A program made the translations under genes and the position numbers. A stretch of 64,000 nt of DNA from the IMG/VR virus record IMGVR_UViG_3300002038_000006, positions 119,480 through 183,479 of that record, one strand, 5' to 3'. The notes under the pieces were generated by a model. The model ran no database searches. It was given only the letters and a program-made list of their open reading frames with translations, and was not told the DNA's origin. This document shows, piece after piece, positions 26,136 to 36,502 of the stretch. This stretch comes from a virus. The number at the start of each line of letters is the position of its first letter. Position 1 is the first letter of the stretch.

Positions 26136-28661
26136 CTATTCCCCACCTGTGTTAATTATTAAATGTCCAGTCATGTCGACTCGACTATTAAGATACAGTA
26201 TCGAGATTCTATCCATGAATGAATAAATCTTTTGTGATACTTCAATTACATTACTTTCCGCATGTGGTCTAACAGAAGCTAGTCCGGCGTCAACTGCACC
26301 GTTCACACCAGTATATGCTGGGTCACTAGGTAAAAGCTCTTCATGGTGTTTAACCATAGCTTTAATAGTAGCATCAACTATTCTGGTTTCAGGTATCACT
26401 ATTAACCCATTGATAAGGTCGTCTAGGATACGTGCTGCAAAGATACTATACAGTTGGTGTCTGTGTGTAATTGGAGATACGTTAGGAAACGGTGGTATTA
26501 CAGCATGTAGCGACATGTAGTCACTTACTATCTGGTCTTTCTGCATCGCATCTGAGCGAAGAGATTTTTCAATACTAGCAGAGATACCAATAGCTTTAAG
26601 ACTAGGTCTCACTATGGTAACCGAGTAAGGAGCACCATTTCTCAACCCGCCATCTACGGCTCTTGAGTCTTCATGATGTTCTACCTCAGAACGCTGTATG
26701 TACATACCATCCACAACTGGACGATATAGAATACCACTGTGTAAGTTGTAAGTATCATCCACAGAAATCATTCCATGGTCAATCCAACCTACATAGTCGG
26801 GTTTACCCCAACCAACAGAACCTGTCTCATCATCTTCAGGGAAACCATATGCAATCACTTGCACTTTGTTGTTACCTTCAAGATTCAAGTAGGCTTTCCC
26901 ACAAATCCAAACACTTTGACGGCGTACAACATAGTCGATGTCTTGAGTAAGCTCTTTGCCATTCAATCTAACGATAATGTGTCTGAACGGTAATTCAACC
27001 GTACCAGTGTCATCCAACAAACTAATCTCTGCCACACCTTGACGTAAAGGTACATCGAAATCACGACACCATGCCCAATCAGAGTAACGGACTACCCATT
27101 CATGGTTAGGGCTAGTATAGTTATGTTTTAAATAACCATCGCCTTGGTCTGTGAACGTAATACTGTTAGTAATGTCATGCCAGTCCTGAGCACCTTTCAG
27201 GCGGTGATACAATCTATATTCTCGATGTCCACTTGGTACAACTTCAGTATTATAATAGTCAGGACAATTCTTTAAGAACTCTTCTTCGAAGAATTCAACT
27301 AACTCAGTCCCAGTATCGGTATAACTAAGACCATCTTCACGACCCTCCTTGATAGACTGCATGTAACCATCTGCATCGTACTCAATCATCGTTCCACTAC
27401 GATACGCATCAGGAATACCAACACGACGAATACCACTAGAATCATCTGGTAGTATTTGGTTGTCTGCTGAATAGTAGGCTGCTGCATTATAACCGTAGCA
27501 ACGATAAAGGTCGATGGTAGTACTAGCATCAATCTTAGGTAAACGCATCACTGTAGGGTAACCAGCTCGTTCTAGAGCATCTAACGTCCACAGGTCACAT
27601 GTGTTCGAACGTCCAGTAATGACTAATCGTCTTTGTTCTTCAGGAAGCTTGTTAAGTTCATGTAAACGAGAACTCTCGAATACTAAACCACGCTGCCATC
27701 CAGACTTTCTAACAATCAATCGAATGTATGCTGTACCCGCCATCAATTCCTGTCTCAAGTATTCAACTTGGTCAACATTAACTGAATATGTAGCAGAGGC
27801 TAACATTCTTACATTACTTGGCTGGTTACGGTGAAGTAAAGAACCTTGAAGAACTTTACCATCGTCATCCTTAATACAGATACGGATTTCAATGTCGTCG
27901 TGGTACTTAATAGTACTACCTACACCTAAGTCAACTATATACTTACGGGCTTCGTCTAGAGAAGAATAGTTGTAATGTAAATCATCTAAAGCGATGTCCA
28001 CTACTTCGTCCATAGACTCATCTACACGTACTTCAATTGAATCACCGACTAAGATGTCAGCTGGCGGTAAATCTTCCACTAGAAGTCCATTGTGGAACAT
28101 CTGTGGGTTCTTGCCCAGTATGTTGGCTGTGTACCATTTATTATACAATACCAAAACTTCAGGTTCATTGGTGTTAGTACGTCTAATACTCTCAATCCAA
28201 TAATCCATTTCAACACTAGAGCGACTAGAGCCCCAGAATGCATTAGTATAATGATGGAACCAGATATCTTCCGATAACATATCGATGGTTGTATTTTCAC
28301 GGATAGCTAGAACAATCATCTTGTTCGGTAACTGTCTAATGAAACACTCAACCAACGGTAACATTATACCTTTGCCGTTGTAGATATTAATAGTACATTT
28401 ACTTGCGGTACACAAACCGTCTAGCGGTATCCATTCATCCTGTACGCCGTTAAGCCCGAAGATGGTTGGAGGATAGTGCCCGATTTGGTAAACGATGTAG
28501 TTCTCACGTGTTGGAGTTTCTAATTCGTCCCACCCAAGTTTGATACGTTCATATACCCCACGAACCTTACCGTATCTGACAGGCTTAATAATAGCCTGCC
28601 TATCCTGTTCGGGAGTACACCATATATTAGCTATGGCGTGCTGTTGTAAAAAGTCGGACAC
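26136..28661 (-). CDS. Virion structural protein (phiKZ gp27-like)
   Basis: HAIANIWCTPEQDRQ N-terminus, YGYNA, LNGKEL..DIDY; synteny. Confidence 0.82.
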   Translation of the reverse strand: MSDFLQQHAIANIWCTPEQDRQAIIKPVRYGKVRGVYERIKLGWDELETPTRENYIVYQIGHYPPTIFGLNGVQDEWIPLDGLCTASKCTINIYNGKGIMLPLVECFIRQLPNKMIVLAIRENTTIDMLSEDIWFHHYTNAFWGSSRSSVEMDYWIESIRRTNTNEPEVLVLYNKWYTANILGKNPQMFHNGLLVEDLPPADILVGDSIEVRVDESMDEVVDIALDDLHYNYSSLDEARKYIVDLGVGSTIKYHDDIEIRICIKDDDGKVLQGSLLHRNQPSNVRMLASATYSVNVDQVEYLRQELMAGTAYIRLIVRKSGWQRGLVFESSRLHELNKLPEEQRRLVITGRSNTCDLWTLDALERAGYPTVMRLPKIDASTTIDLYRCYGYNAAAYYSADNQILPDDSSGIRRVGIPDAYRSGTMIEYDADGYMQSIKEGREDGLSYTDTGTELVEFFEEEFLKNCPDYYNTEVVPSGHREYRLYHRLKGAQDWHDITNSITFTDQGDGYLKHNYTSPNHEWVVRYSDWAWCRDFDVPLRQGVAEISLLDDTGTVELPFRHIIVRLNGKELTQDIDYVVRRQSVWICGKAYLNLEGNNKVQVIAYGFPEDDETGSVGWGKPDYVGWIDHGMISVDDTYNLHSGILYRPVVDGMYIQRSEVEHHEDSRAVDGGLRNGAPYSVTIVRPSLKAIGISASIEKSLRSDAMQKDQIVSDYMSLHAVIPPFPNVSPITHRHQLYSIFAARILDDLINGLIVIPETRIVDATIKAMVKHHEELLPSDPAYTGVNGAVDAGLASVRPHAESNVIEVSQKIYSFMDRISILYLNSRVDMTGHLIINTGGE

Positions 28662-28676
28662 GACCTTCCTCCTTTA

Positions 28677-29564
28677 TTATCGGAAAAGACTGAGGATAGC
28701 GCGTTGGAAATCTGAAGCACTGTCACCTTTAGAGACACGCTGTAATAACTTACCAACACGAGAGTTGCGTAACATACGGTCACCAACTGCATGGTAAACA
28801 CATGCTATCCAAGTCACAGGCATTTCAATTGCCGTACCCATTACTTCGTTACCGTGATGAGTAAACCAACCGTTAGCAAGGATGTTGAATAATAGTCCCG
28901 GTTCCATTTTACCTAAACGAGGATTGTCAAGCCCACTACGCATGAACATAGTTAACTCTTCCACGCTATGGAAAGATAGAGGTTCAGGGAACCATTCAAT
29001 AACACGTTGAGCAGGTACACGAGTTACACGTGAAACCATTGCAACACTTCTTTGCCAAGCTCTGTCATTCATTTCAGGTTCAGCACAACCAAGGTAGAAG
29101 ATACCAGCAAGCACAGCTAACTTAGCCTGAGTCTCTGGGTCTAAACCTAAACGTTGAGTGATGCCTTCAGAGAACCACTTAGTGTAAAGTTCTAACGGTA
29201 AGTCAGAAATACTAATAAGGTTATCACGGAAGTCCGCGTCTCTGTTCCAATGTAATTCAAGACCAGCACGAAGAACTCGGAAGTTGTATTCCCCTTTGTC
29301 CTTTATACGGTATTCGCCACCAGCACTAACTGTTCCGATTAGAGAACGTGCATCAATATAAACTTCATCTTCTGAAATGATAGAGTGAGCGAATACTGGT
29401 ACGTCGCTCTTCTTATCAATGAGGGTTCTAACAAAATTAAAACCTTTGTAATCTGCATTGTGTACTTGTCCGTTGACTTTCGCAATGCGTAATTCCTTGA
29501 CTATTTTGTCGATGGAATATGAACGAAGCGCCAGTGCTTCGTAAGGGTTACTATAGGGATACAT
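28677..29564 (-). CDS. Virion protein (phiKZ gp28-like)
   Basis: PVFAH, YIDAR, AIEMPVTWIA; divergent from the sheath gene. Confidence 0.75.
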   Translation of the reverse strand: MYPYSNPYEALALRSYSIDKIVKELRIAKVNGQVHNADYKGFNFVRTLIDKKSDVPVFAHSIISEDEVYIDARSLIGTVSAGGEYRIKDKGEYNFRVLRAGLELHWNRDADFRDNLISISDLPLELYTKWFSEGITQRLGLDPETQAKLAVLAGIFYLGCAEPEMNDRAWQRSVAMVSRVTRVPAQRVIEWFPEPLSFHSVEELTMFMRSGLDNPRLGKMEPGLLFNILANGWFTHHGNEVMGTAIEMPVTWIACVYHAVGDRMLRNSRVGKLLQRVSKGDSASDFQRAILSLFR

Positions 29565-29727
29565 ATCTCTCTTCGCTCCTATTTAATATAGTAGAGTCAT
29601 AAGAATGTTACCAATTTATTTTTTAACTCTAATAAAAGGTACTATACTTATGACGGTCTATGGCAGCTAGCGGCGATAGGTCAGATTTACATTTCTAATT
29701 TTTTTGCAAAAAAATGGAGTTCCAATA

Positions 29728-31797
29728 ATGAATGTATTAAGTGGCGCGCCCACCGTACAGTTAGCAGGTATTCAAGACCTGTCTATCCGTATACCTTTAC
29801 CTGAGGGTGAAGCTTTACCAATGCATTTGCCGTTCTGTGTCCTGAACACGCAACGTGGTCCTGTGACTACGCAGCTTGTGGCTGGCTCAGATGCAACGCG
29901 CATGTATGGTGCAAATTCGTTTGACGAAACCAAAGAATATACTAACCACGCTACAATGATGTTTAATACCATCAACGCTCGTGGTAATGTTCAAATGGTT
30001 CGTCGTTTTATTTCAGACAGTCATGAGAAAGCGCGTGTTCGTTTATCTCTTGAAATCAGTGAAGGTGATGTTCCAGTTTGGGAACGTGACGCTACTGGTG
30101 CTTTACTATTTGGTGCCGATGGTCAACCTATCCAAGTCGATGGCGAAGTTGGTCCTGAAACAACAAATGGTTACAATGCCCGTTGGGTAGTTACCTCTAT
30201 CGACGATGTTCCTGAAGTTGGCCACAACTTTGGTTCTGCCCCGAAGACAGTTGGTTCATTTGGTGGTACTTCAACAATCTATCCTTGGATGGACTTCGAA
30301 GTTTCTGGCCATGGTGCCTACGGTAACAATGTTGCATTCGCTCTTAGTTGTCCTACAACTGAATCGTCTGCTCCTGTAAAAGAAGACGTTGTCGATGAAA
30401 ACATGGCAATGATGTATCGTTTACAGTTCGTTGAGCGTCCAGACGTACAATCTAGCCCTAACATCACTCAAACGTTGTCAGGTGGTCAGTACACTGAGTT
30501 CTCATTTAAGAAAGGTGCTGTTGATAAGTCAACTGACCGTAACCTACACATCGATAAAGTATTGCCTAAAGCATACCGCGATGTTGATAGTAAAGGTTTC
30601 GCTCCTATCTTTGGTCCAATGGATAACTACCACGTCTATGAAGCTTTCATGACTGAAGCGTTAGGTCTATTGGCTGCTAAAGAAAACGGTAACCCAGAGT
30701 TCTTAGGTACACCTATTGAACCTCACATGTTCAACCCTGTTGGCGGTGAAGACGTTACTGGTATTCGTTACCACACGTTCAACCTACAAGGACCAGAAGC
30801 TGGCGGTTCTTTACTAGGTGAAGGTATTTACCACTACGCCCAAGGCGGTAGTGATGGTGACCAATCTCCTGAAGCTTTCGATGCGTTCGTTAAGAACCTA
30901 TTCGATACTTTCGAGTTTAACGATGTTGATGAGTTCATGGACTCTGCCGAATTCCCATTCAGTGTGTTCTACGATTCTGGTTTCTCTATCGAAACTAAGA
31001 AATCAATGTTGGCACCAATTGGTCTTCGTAAAGATGTGTACACTGTACTATCTACACAAGACGCAAACCAACCACAAAACACTGCGGACGAAGAGCTTTC
31101 AATAGCTATCTCTTTACGTGCTCGTGCTCGTCTATATCCTGAATCAACTCACTACGGTACTTCTACATGTCGTGCTATCATCGTGGGTCACTCAGGTAAG
31201 TTGCTTAATAGTAACTACGATGGTTTATTACCATTAACTATTGACTTCGCAAACAAGTGTGCTGGTTACATGGGTGCATCTCATGGTTCAATGAAAGAAG
31301 CTGAGTCTATTGACACTTCTCCGTTGAACAACGTGACAATGTTCCGTGATATCAACTGTGTTTACAAGAACCCTCGTGTTCGCCAAAAAGACTGGGCTGC
31401 TGGCTTAGTTTGGGTACAACGTAAAGACAGACACGACTTCTTCTACCCTGCTTATCAAACTGTGTACGATAACGATACTTCTGTATTGAACTCTGCGGTT
31501 AACATGATGATTGCAGTGGAACTTGAAAAGGTTTGTGAACGTACTTGGCGTAACCTTACTGGTGATGCTAAGTTATCGGATGCTCAGTTCTTTGAAAAGT
31601 CTAACAAGATGATTGAAGATTACACAGCAGGTCGTTTCGACGGTCGTGTAACAATCATTGCTGAGACCTACAAAACTGAAGCGGACGCTTTACGCGGCTA
31701 TAGCTGGTCTTGTAAGTTACACATGTATGCTAACAACATGCGTACTGTTGGTACTTACACTGTTACCGCTAACCGTGCATCAGACTTAAACGCTTAA
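29728..31797 (+). CDS. Tail sheath protein (phiKZ gp29-like)
   Basis: GIQDLS..PMHLP, FYDSGFS.ETK, LYPESTHYGT..CRA, TVYDNDTSVL; start at 29728 after GGAG. Confidence 0.92.
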   Translation: MNVLSGAPTVQLAGIQDLSIRIPLPEGEALPMHLPFCVLNTQRGPVTTQLVAGSDATRMYGANSFDETKEYTNHATMMFNTINARGNVQMVRRFISDSHEKARVRLSLEISEGDVPVWERDATGALLFGADGQPIQVDGEVGPETTNGYNARWVVTSIDDVPEVGHNFGSAPKTVGSFGGTSTIYPWMDFEVSGHGAYGNNVAFALSCPTTESSAPVKEDVVDENMAMMYRLQFVERPDVQSSPNITQTLSGGQYTEFSFKKGAVDKSTDRNLHIDKVLPKAYRDVDSKGFAPIFGPMDNYHVYEAFMTEALGLLAAKENGNPEFLGTPIEPHMFNPVGGEDVTGIRYHTFNLQGPEAGGSLLGEGIYHYAQGGSDGDQSPEAFDAFVKNLFDTFEFNDVDEFMDSAEFPFSVFYDSGFSIETKKSMLAPIGLRKDVYTVLSTQDANQPQNTADEELSIAISLRARARLYPESTHYGTSTCRAIIVGHSGKLLNSNYDGLLPLTIDFANKCAGYMGASHGSMKEAESIDTSPLNNVTMFRDINCVYKNPRVRQKDWAAGLVWVQRKDRHDFFYPAYQTVYDNDTSVLNSAVNMMIAVELEKVCERTWRNLTGDAKLSDAQFFEKSNKMIEDYTAGRFDGRVTIIAETYKTEADALRGYSWSCKLHMYANNMRTVGTYTVTANRASDLNA

Positions 31798-31812
31798 GGG
31801 GAGTAAAACTAG

Positions 31813-32688
31813 ATGGCTCGTTTATCTAATAAAACGTTAGTGCAAAAGCCTAACGATAAAAATGCTCTCTTCGGTGAGCAAAGTGGTGCGACTACTGATT
31901 TACGTTACAGTGGTCAAAATGGTTTCGACACCAACCCTAAGTCTTTGGTTAGTAATGCTAACTACGTTAAGCGTAATGTTATTGCAGTTCTATTGGAATC
32001 TCCAACAGGCTTCAACGACTTACCTAACTCAGAGTTACTTCACGGTACTTTGAAAGCGTTAGTTGAGCGTCATGCTAAGCAAATCACTGGACTTACTTCT
32101 ACTCTTGCAGTAGAGTTCGTTACTCAAACAGTTGGTGGTGCAGGCGAAGAGCAAGAAGACGTATCAAACGTTACTCGTGCTCGTTCTAACCCAGCATTCG
32201 TATGGCCTGAGAAAGAAGGTATGCCAGTTCAGAAGTTCGTTGACTACTGGATTCTTAACCTTCTTGGTGACCCGGAAACTAAAGTTCCACGCGTTGTCCA
32301 ATTCCGTGACGGCGATGTAACTGACATGTTACCAGATTACCGTGGCATGACTGTGTTGTTCTTCGAACCAGACACAACCCACACTAAGGTTGAAAAGGCG
32401 TGGTTAACTACTGCGATGATGCCTCGTGTTGGTGGTACTGTAGAAGGTTCTCGTGACCTTTCAGCAGCCGGTGAAGGTTTAGAACACTCAATTGAGTTCA
32501 CTGGTGTGACTCAAGTAGGTGAAGGTGTTAAACAGGTAGCTCAGAAGTTCTTGGACGAAATGGGTCTTACTTCAGTTAACACTAATCTACGTCCTGCTAT
32601 TGTACAGCAAGTATCAGCTGATGTTGAAGCTTCTGAACAAGGTAATGCGCAGATGATTGATGAAGCAGCTAAAGAATACGTTTCTTAA
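31813..32688 (+). CDS. Tail tube protein (phiKZ gp30-like)
   Basis: YVKRNVIAVLLESP, LLGDPETKVP, TVLFFEPD..AWL; follows the sheath gene. Confidence 0.88.
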   Translation: MARLSNKTLVQKPNDKNALFGEQSGATTDLRYSGQNGFDTNPKSLVSNANYVKRNVIAVLLESPTGFNDLPNSELLHGTLKALVERHAKQITGLTSTLAVEFVTQTVGGAGEEQEDVSNVTRARSNPAFVWPEKEGMPVQKFVDYWILNLLGDPETKVPRVVQFRDGDVTDMLPDYRGMTVLFFEPDTTHTKVEKAWLTTAMMPRVGGTVEGSRDLSAAGEGLEHSIEFTGVTQVGEGVKQVAQKFLDEMGLTSVNTNLRPAIVQQVSADVEASEQGNAQMIDEAAKEYVS

Positions 32689-32711
32689 GTTGATTAGTTA
32701 AATCGCATTTC

Positions 32712-32780
32712 TGGGAGAGCCTAGTGCTCTCCTAGCTATGTCGTTTAAACAAAAAAAATAAAGGGAGCGCAGTGCTCCCG
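32712..32780. terminator. Paired terminators between convergent units
   Basis: GGAGAGC/GCTCTCC + CTATGTCG (+); GGGAGC/GCTCCC + TTTATTTTTT (-). Confidence 0.7.
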
Positions 32781-32801
32781 ATGTGTGACGTCTAGATGAT
32801 G

Positions 32802-33284
32802 CTATTCTTCTTCATCGTTATCTAGGTCATCAAATGCATCTGTTTCATTCGCTTCTGCTTCGTCATCTAGGATATAGAACTTCACAGAGAGGTTGTACAG
32901 ACCCATGTCTTTAATAAGACCGTAGGAATGTGAATGAGGTGGTTCTTTAAATACTTCTACACCGTGTACGTTATCCGGCTGGATGTTAATGTAGAGTATG
33001 TTATCGCCGTAGGCTATTTGTAGAGTACCGCCATTGAATGTGGTATTCCAAGTTTTCTCATCGAAGTCAATTACTGCTTCAATGATTTCATCGTACAGAG
33101 TAGGTAAGTCATCACCCTCGATTAACTCAAGCCACATTGACTCAACACTGATGTCATCTGCATCGGTTATAAAGTCATATACGCCAGCAGGGATAGGTAC
33201 TATCGTATCCTTACTGTTATCGAATTCTTCACCTTTATAGAAATCTAATACAAGGGCTGCTATTTTAAGTTGTTCTTCGGACAT
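32802..33284 (-). CDS. Very acidic hypothetical protein
   Basis: D/E-rich throughout; AAGGA RBS. Confidence 0.75.
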   Translation of the reverse strand: MSEEQLKIAALVLDFYKGEEFDNSKDTIVPIPAGVYDFITDADDISVESMWLELIEGDDLPTLYDEIIEAVIDFDEKTWNTTFNGGTLQIAYGDNILYINIQPDNVHGVEVFKEPPHSHSYGLIKDMGLYNLSVKFYILDDEAEANETDAFDDLDNDEEE

Positions 33285-33373
33285 AACGTTTTCCTTTTAA
33301 TTGAACGTCATAAAAAAATAAAGTCGAATAAGGGAGGACCGAAGTCCGTCCCCTACTCTTGCAGGTCTACAAC

Positions 33374-33844
33374 TTACTTAGCTAAACCAGCGAAGTGTTG
33401 CTTAACTTTAGACAGTGCACCTGATGGAGCAGCTGATTGAGTTTTGTGCTTAACAATTAAATAGTTCTGACGAGTTTCTTTAGTTGCTGGAGCACCATTG
33501 CGACCCGGGATAGTAACTTCACGTGAACGGTCCATAGATGCTGCCATCTTGTCACCGAACCATTTAGCTGCTGCTGATACAGACTTAACGTCTTTGCTTT
33601 CTGCGAATACTTCTTGAGCAATGTTACCAGTCGCTAAACCTAACGCTGCTAATGTTACTTTTTCTTCGCCTTTGAAACCTTTGGCCATTTCCGGAGTCAT
33701 GCCTTCGGGTAAGTTCGCATCGATAACCGCTTGTAGCGCTTTCTGGTCAACGTTGATGATACCTTCACCACCGTGAGTCATGTGCTTTTGGAATTCTTCT
33801 GCGCGTGCTACTACGTTTGCTGGAACTGTGTTTTCAGTTGACAT
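33374..33844 (-). CDS. Hypothetical protein, likely abundant and early
   Basis: Own early-type promoter (33926-33944), strong RBS, own terminator. Confidence 0.75.
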   Translation of the reverse strand: MSTENTVPANVVARAEEFQKHMTHGGEGIINVDQKALQAVIDANLPEGMTPEMAKGFKGEEKVTLAALGLATGNIAQEVFAESKDVKSVSAAAKWFGDKMAASMDRSREVTIPGRNGAPATKETRQNYLIVKHKTQSAAPSGALSKVKQHFAGLAK

Positions 33845-33925
33845 ATGTCTGTCCTTTTATTTCATCATTGATTAAGATTTTAGTTTTATACATTCGAATG
33901 TATAGAGTAAGTCTCTATGCACTAG

Positions 33926-33944
33926 GATGATATGTGTTTAAAAT
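33926..33944 (-). promoter_or_regulatory. Early-type promoter motif
   Basis: ATTTTAAACACATATCATC. Confidence 0.55.
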
Positions 33945-34010
33945 TATGTTAAACTAACTTATATCCTCTTGTACATATAAGAGTTTGTGTATGTATTTTT
34001 TTACCTGCGT

Positions 34011-34388
34011 CTACAGCGCAGTTTGCTTTTCCCAATTGTTCTGGAATTCGCGTTGGTATTCACCGCTACCTGCGTGGTCAGTGACGAACTGAGCCATACG
34101 TGGACGTGTGATTTCACCTAGACCTAAGTCTTCCGCATTCTTCATATTGTACTTTTCGAACAATGAGTTAAACATAACTTGGTCGTGTTCACCAACTACT
34201 ACTTCATTACGATGTTTAAGAAAGGTATCTCTCCACTTCTCAAACGAATCTGTCATGTTAGTTATACGACCGCTAAACGAGACTATCCAACAAAGCATTG
34301 AATAATCTTTTTGTACCGAACCGCTTGGTTGTGTACGGACTGCTTTACTGTACCAGTCTTTGAATTGTTCTGTTTGATGTAATTGCAT
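34011..34388 (-). CDS. Hypothetical protein
   Basis: TAATG coupling with the upstream gene. Confidence 0.65.
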   Translation of the reverse strand: MQLHQTEQFKDWYSKAVRTQPSGSVQKDYSMLCWIVSFSGRITNMTDSFEKWRDTFLKHRNEVVVGEHDQVMFNSLFEKYNMKNAEDLGLGEITRPRMAQFVTDHAGSGEYQREFQNNWEKQTAL

Positions 34389-34747
34389 TACAGCTCCCCT
34401 AAATATTCAAATTCGATTCCGTGTGATTTTGCGACCTTACGGAATATGTCTACTAATAAATACCTATGGCAGAACCCCCCAGACGGACAATAGCAACCAA
34501 TAGCAAGTGTATCATGGGAAAGTATCCTCGCCCATTCATTCGGATTATCACGATAAGATATACGCATCAATTCATAGAAGCGCTCAGTGTATTGTGCATC
34601 ATCTATTAAACCGCTCTTGTACTTAGATAGTAAAGGCCAATTAGGTGCGAATAACTTATTCCCGCTTTTCACTGTTGTGTCCAAGAACTCTATATCTAGT
34701 TCCTTAGCTCTACGCCAGCTTTGTACTCGTATTGTGTATAGTTTCAT
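34388..34747 (-). CDS. DUF488-like protein
   Basis: DTTVKSG..FAPNW.LL..Y.ERF...IGCYC..GGFCHRYLL. Confidence 0.7.
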   Translation of the reverse strand: MKLYTIRVQSWRRAKELDIEFLDTTVKSGNKLFAPNWPLLSKYKSGLIDDAQYTERFYELMRISYRDNPNEWARILSHDTLAIGCYCPSGGFCHRYLLVDIFRKVAKSHGIEFEYLGEL

Positions 34748-34792
34748 AGAACCCCCCACATGCGTCATAAGAGAGGTGCCTACCGACACCGC

Positions 34793-35503
34793 TCAAATTA
34801 GAGGCTTTATATTGAATGACCTACACTTGTCAAAGACATGTGCAATCCAACCAACTCCGTCCCTATAAAATATATTACCTAAAACTAACCCGTCCTTAAT
34901 GTCTTTGTCAACGATGGACAATATACCATTTAAAAACGCTTCTGCTTCATTATCCTTGAGGATGATACCGTTGTGTTCACGCTCCTCATCGTAGAATTCA
35001 GAATCGCGGTCACCTTGGTAATATCTCTCCGGGTCTTGAAGTGCTGGTTCATGATAAGATATTTTATTCACTATCGCGTTCCTATCGAAGCAATCGGATA
35101 CTTTAGACTTATCAAGGTCATATCTACTTACCAAACGGTCAACGTGTGGAAATACAAATATGAATTCTTGCTTTAAAGTCCAGAACTTATCTTTAGCCAT
35201 GGCTACCGCAGCATGTTTGGTGATGGTGGGATAGTCGTGTTCACGTAAAGCGAACCCTGTACCAGCCTGTAAATCTTCCATCTTAATTAAGTCACTGAGA
35301 GGAGGATTACTTCCGCCATTTGGAAACATTGTAGGTTTCGTTATGTCTTCGTAATTCTCAATGAGTAATTGGGTTAAGTTATCAAACTCGGAATCGCTAA
35401 TGAAACTATCCAAGTCACTTCTTAGGTAATACAGATACGATGCCATTAACCATATTCGTGCAGCGTGATTAGCTGAACGTATGGTAAAGTTATCATGTAT
35501 CAT
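34793..35503 (-). CDS. Protein with NAD-ligase domain-Ia-like N-terminus
   Basis: ASYLYY...SFISDSEFDNL resembles the LigA YY..D.P.ISD.EYD.L motif; no adenylation core. Confidence 0.55.
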   Translation of the reverse strand: MIHDNFTIRSANHAARIWLMASYLYYLRSDLDSFISDSEFDNLTQLLIENYEDITKPTMFPNGGSNPPLSDLIKMEDLQAGTGFALREHDYPTITKHAAVAMAKDKFWTLKQEFIFVFPHVDRLVSRYDLDKSKVSDCFDRNAIVNKISYHEPALQDPERYYQGDRDSEFYDEEREHNGIILKDNEAEAFLNGILSIVDKDIKDGLVLGNIFYRDGVGWIAHVFDKCRSFNIKPLI

Positions 35504-35511
35504 GTTACACC

Positions 35512-36105
35512 CTACGCTGGTTGTTCTATACCGGCATCTACTTTCTCGATGATTTCCTGTACGTCACTTGCAGCGATTAGTGCTAAACGTTCTTTCATGT
35601 GGTCGATATCAAAGAAGTTGACATTGGCCATCCATGATAGAAGTTCGTTTATGTAATCTATTTCGTCAGCTTGTTCAGGAAGTGTTTTAGGGATAGCCAT
35701 CCATACTTGTCCCAAACGGGTTAGTACTGGTTGATTCCTAAACTCCTGAGCCATGCCGTAGTTAGCAGCTAAAGCCATCTCTTCCGAGGTAGCTCCAGAT
35801 ATATCCATAGAGTCACACTCGATACCAAACGTCTGCATTCCATCAACTATTCCATCATCATGAATAAATCCATAGATAACAGTCCAGTTGTGGGGAACAG
35901 CACGTAAGCATTGAGATACGGCCTCTGGCAACATTTCCCTATCCTTGATACTTGTCACAGTACGGAGTATAGATTCCATACCAGTCAACGACGTATCGTC
36001 TAAAGCAGTGCCACCGATGAAGCGTAACTTACCACCTCTTCGCGCTAATAGACTTTGCGCTTTCTTTGCAAATCTCTTTGCTAGTGCTTCATTGTTCTTT
36101 GCCAT
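35512..36105 (-). CDS. Hypothetical protein
   Basis: Likely start MAKNN after GAGG. Confidence 0.7.
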   Translation of the reverse strand: MAKNNEALAKRFAKKAQSLLARRGGKLRFIGGTALDDTSLTGMESILRTVTSIKDREMLPEAVSQCLRAVPHNWTVIYGFIHDDGIVDGMQTFGIECDSMDISGATSEEMALAANYGMAQEFRNQPVLTRLGQVWMAIPKTLPEQADEIDYINELLSWMANVNFFDIDHMKERLALIAASDVQEIIEKVDAGIEQPA

Positions 36106-36183
36106 TTTAAGTACCTCTTTTATTTTACTGTAATGGTCATTATTAATAGGGAATGGTGTATTTTTTATTGTCACCACCAATAT

Positions 36184-36489
36184 TTACTTCTGTATCTGGG
36201 ACTTACCAACGCTGGTTAGTGCACCTACTACATTCATCACACCGCGTCTCATGCCTTGCATCTTAGACATAGGAGCCATGTTACCTTTACCGTCTATGAA
36301 TTCTGCAATACAATCCTCGAATGAGATGTTTGGGTTAATGTCGTACACGTGTACATCACTGATGGCGGGCACTGTAATTGGCTTACCGTCTTTAAGAACG
36401 TATACTCTATCTTTGTCGTTAAGGTTAATTTCAAAACCTACCGCAATGGTTACAGAGCGGTATTTCATTAGTTCAACTTTATCAGACAT
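36184..36489 (-). CDS. Small protein ending in a DnaB-like Walker A peptide
   Basis: C-terminal GMRRGVMNVVGALTSVGKS. Confidence 0.65.
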   Translation of the reverse strand: MSDKVELMKYRSVTIAVGFEINLNDKDRVYVLKDGKPITVPAISDVHVYDINPNISFEDCIAEFIDGKGNMAPMSKMQGMRRGVMNVVGALTSVGKSQIQK

Positions 36490-36502
36490 AATTTATATCC
36501 TT

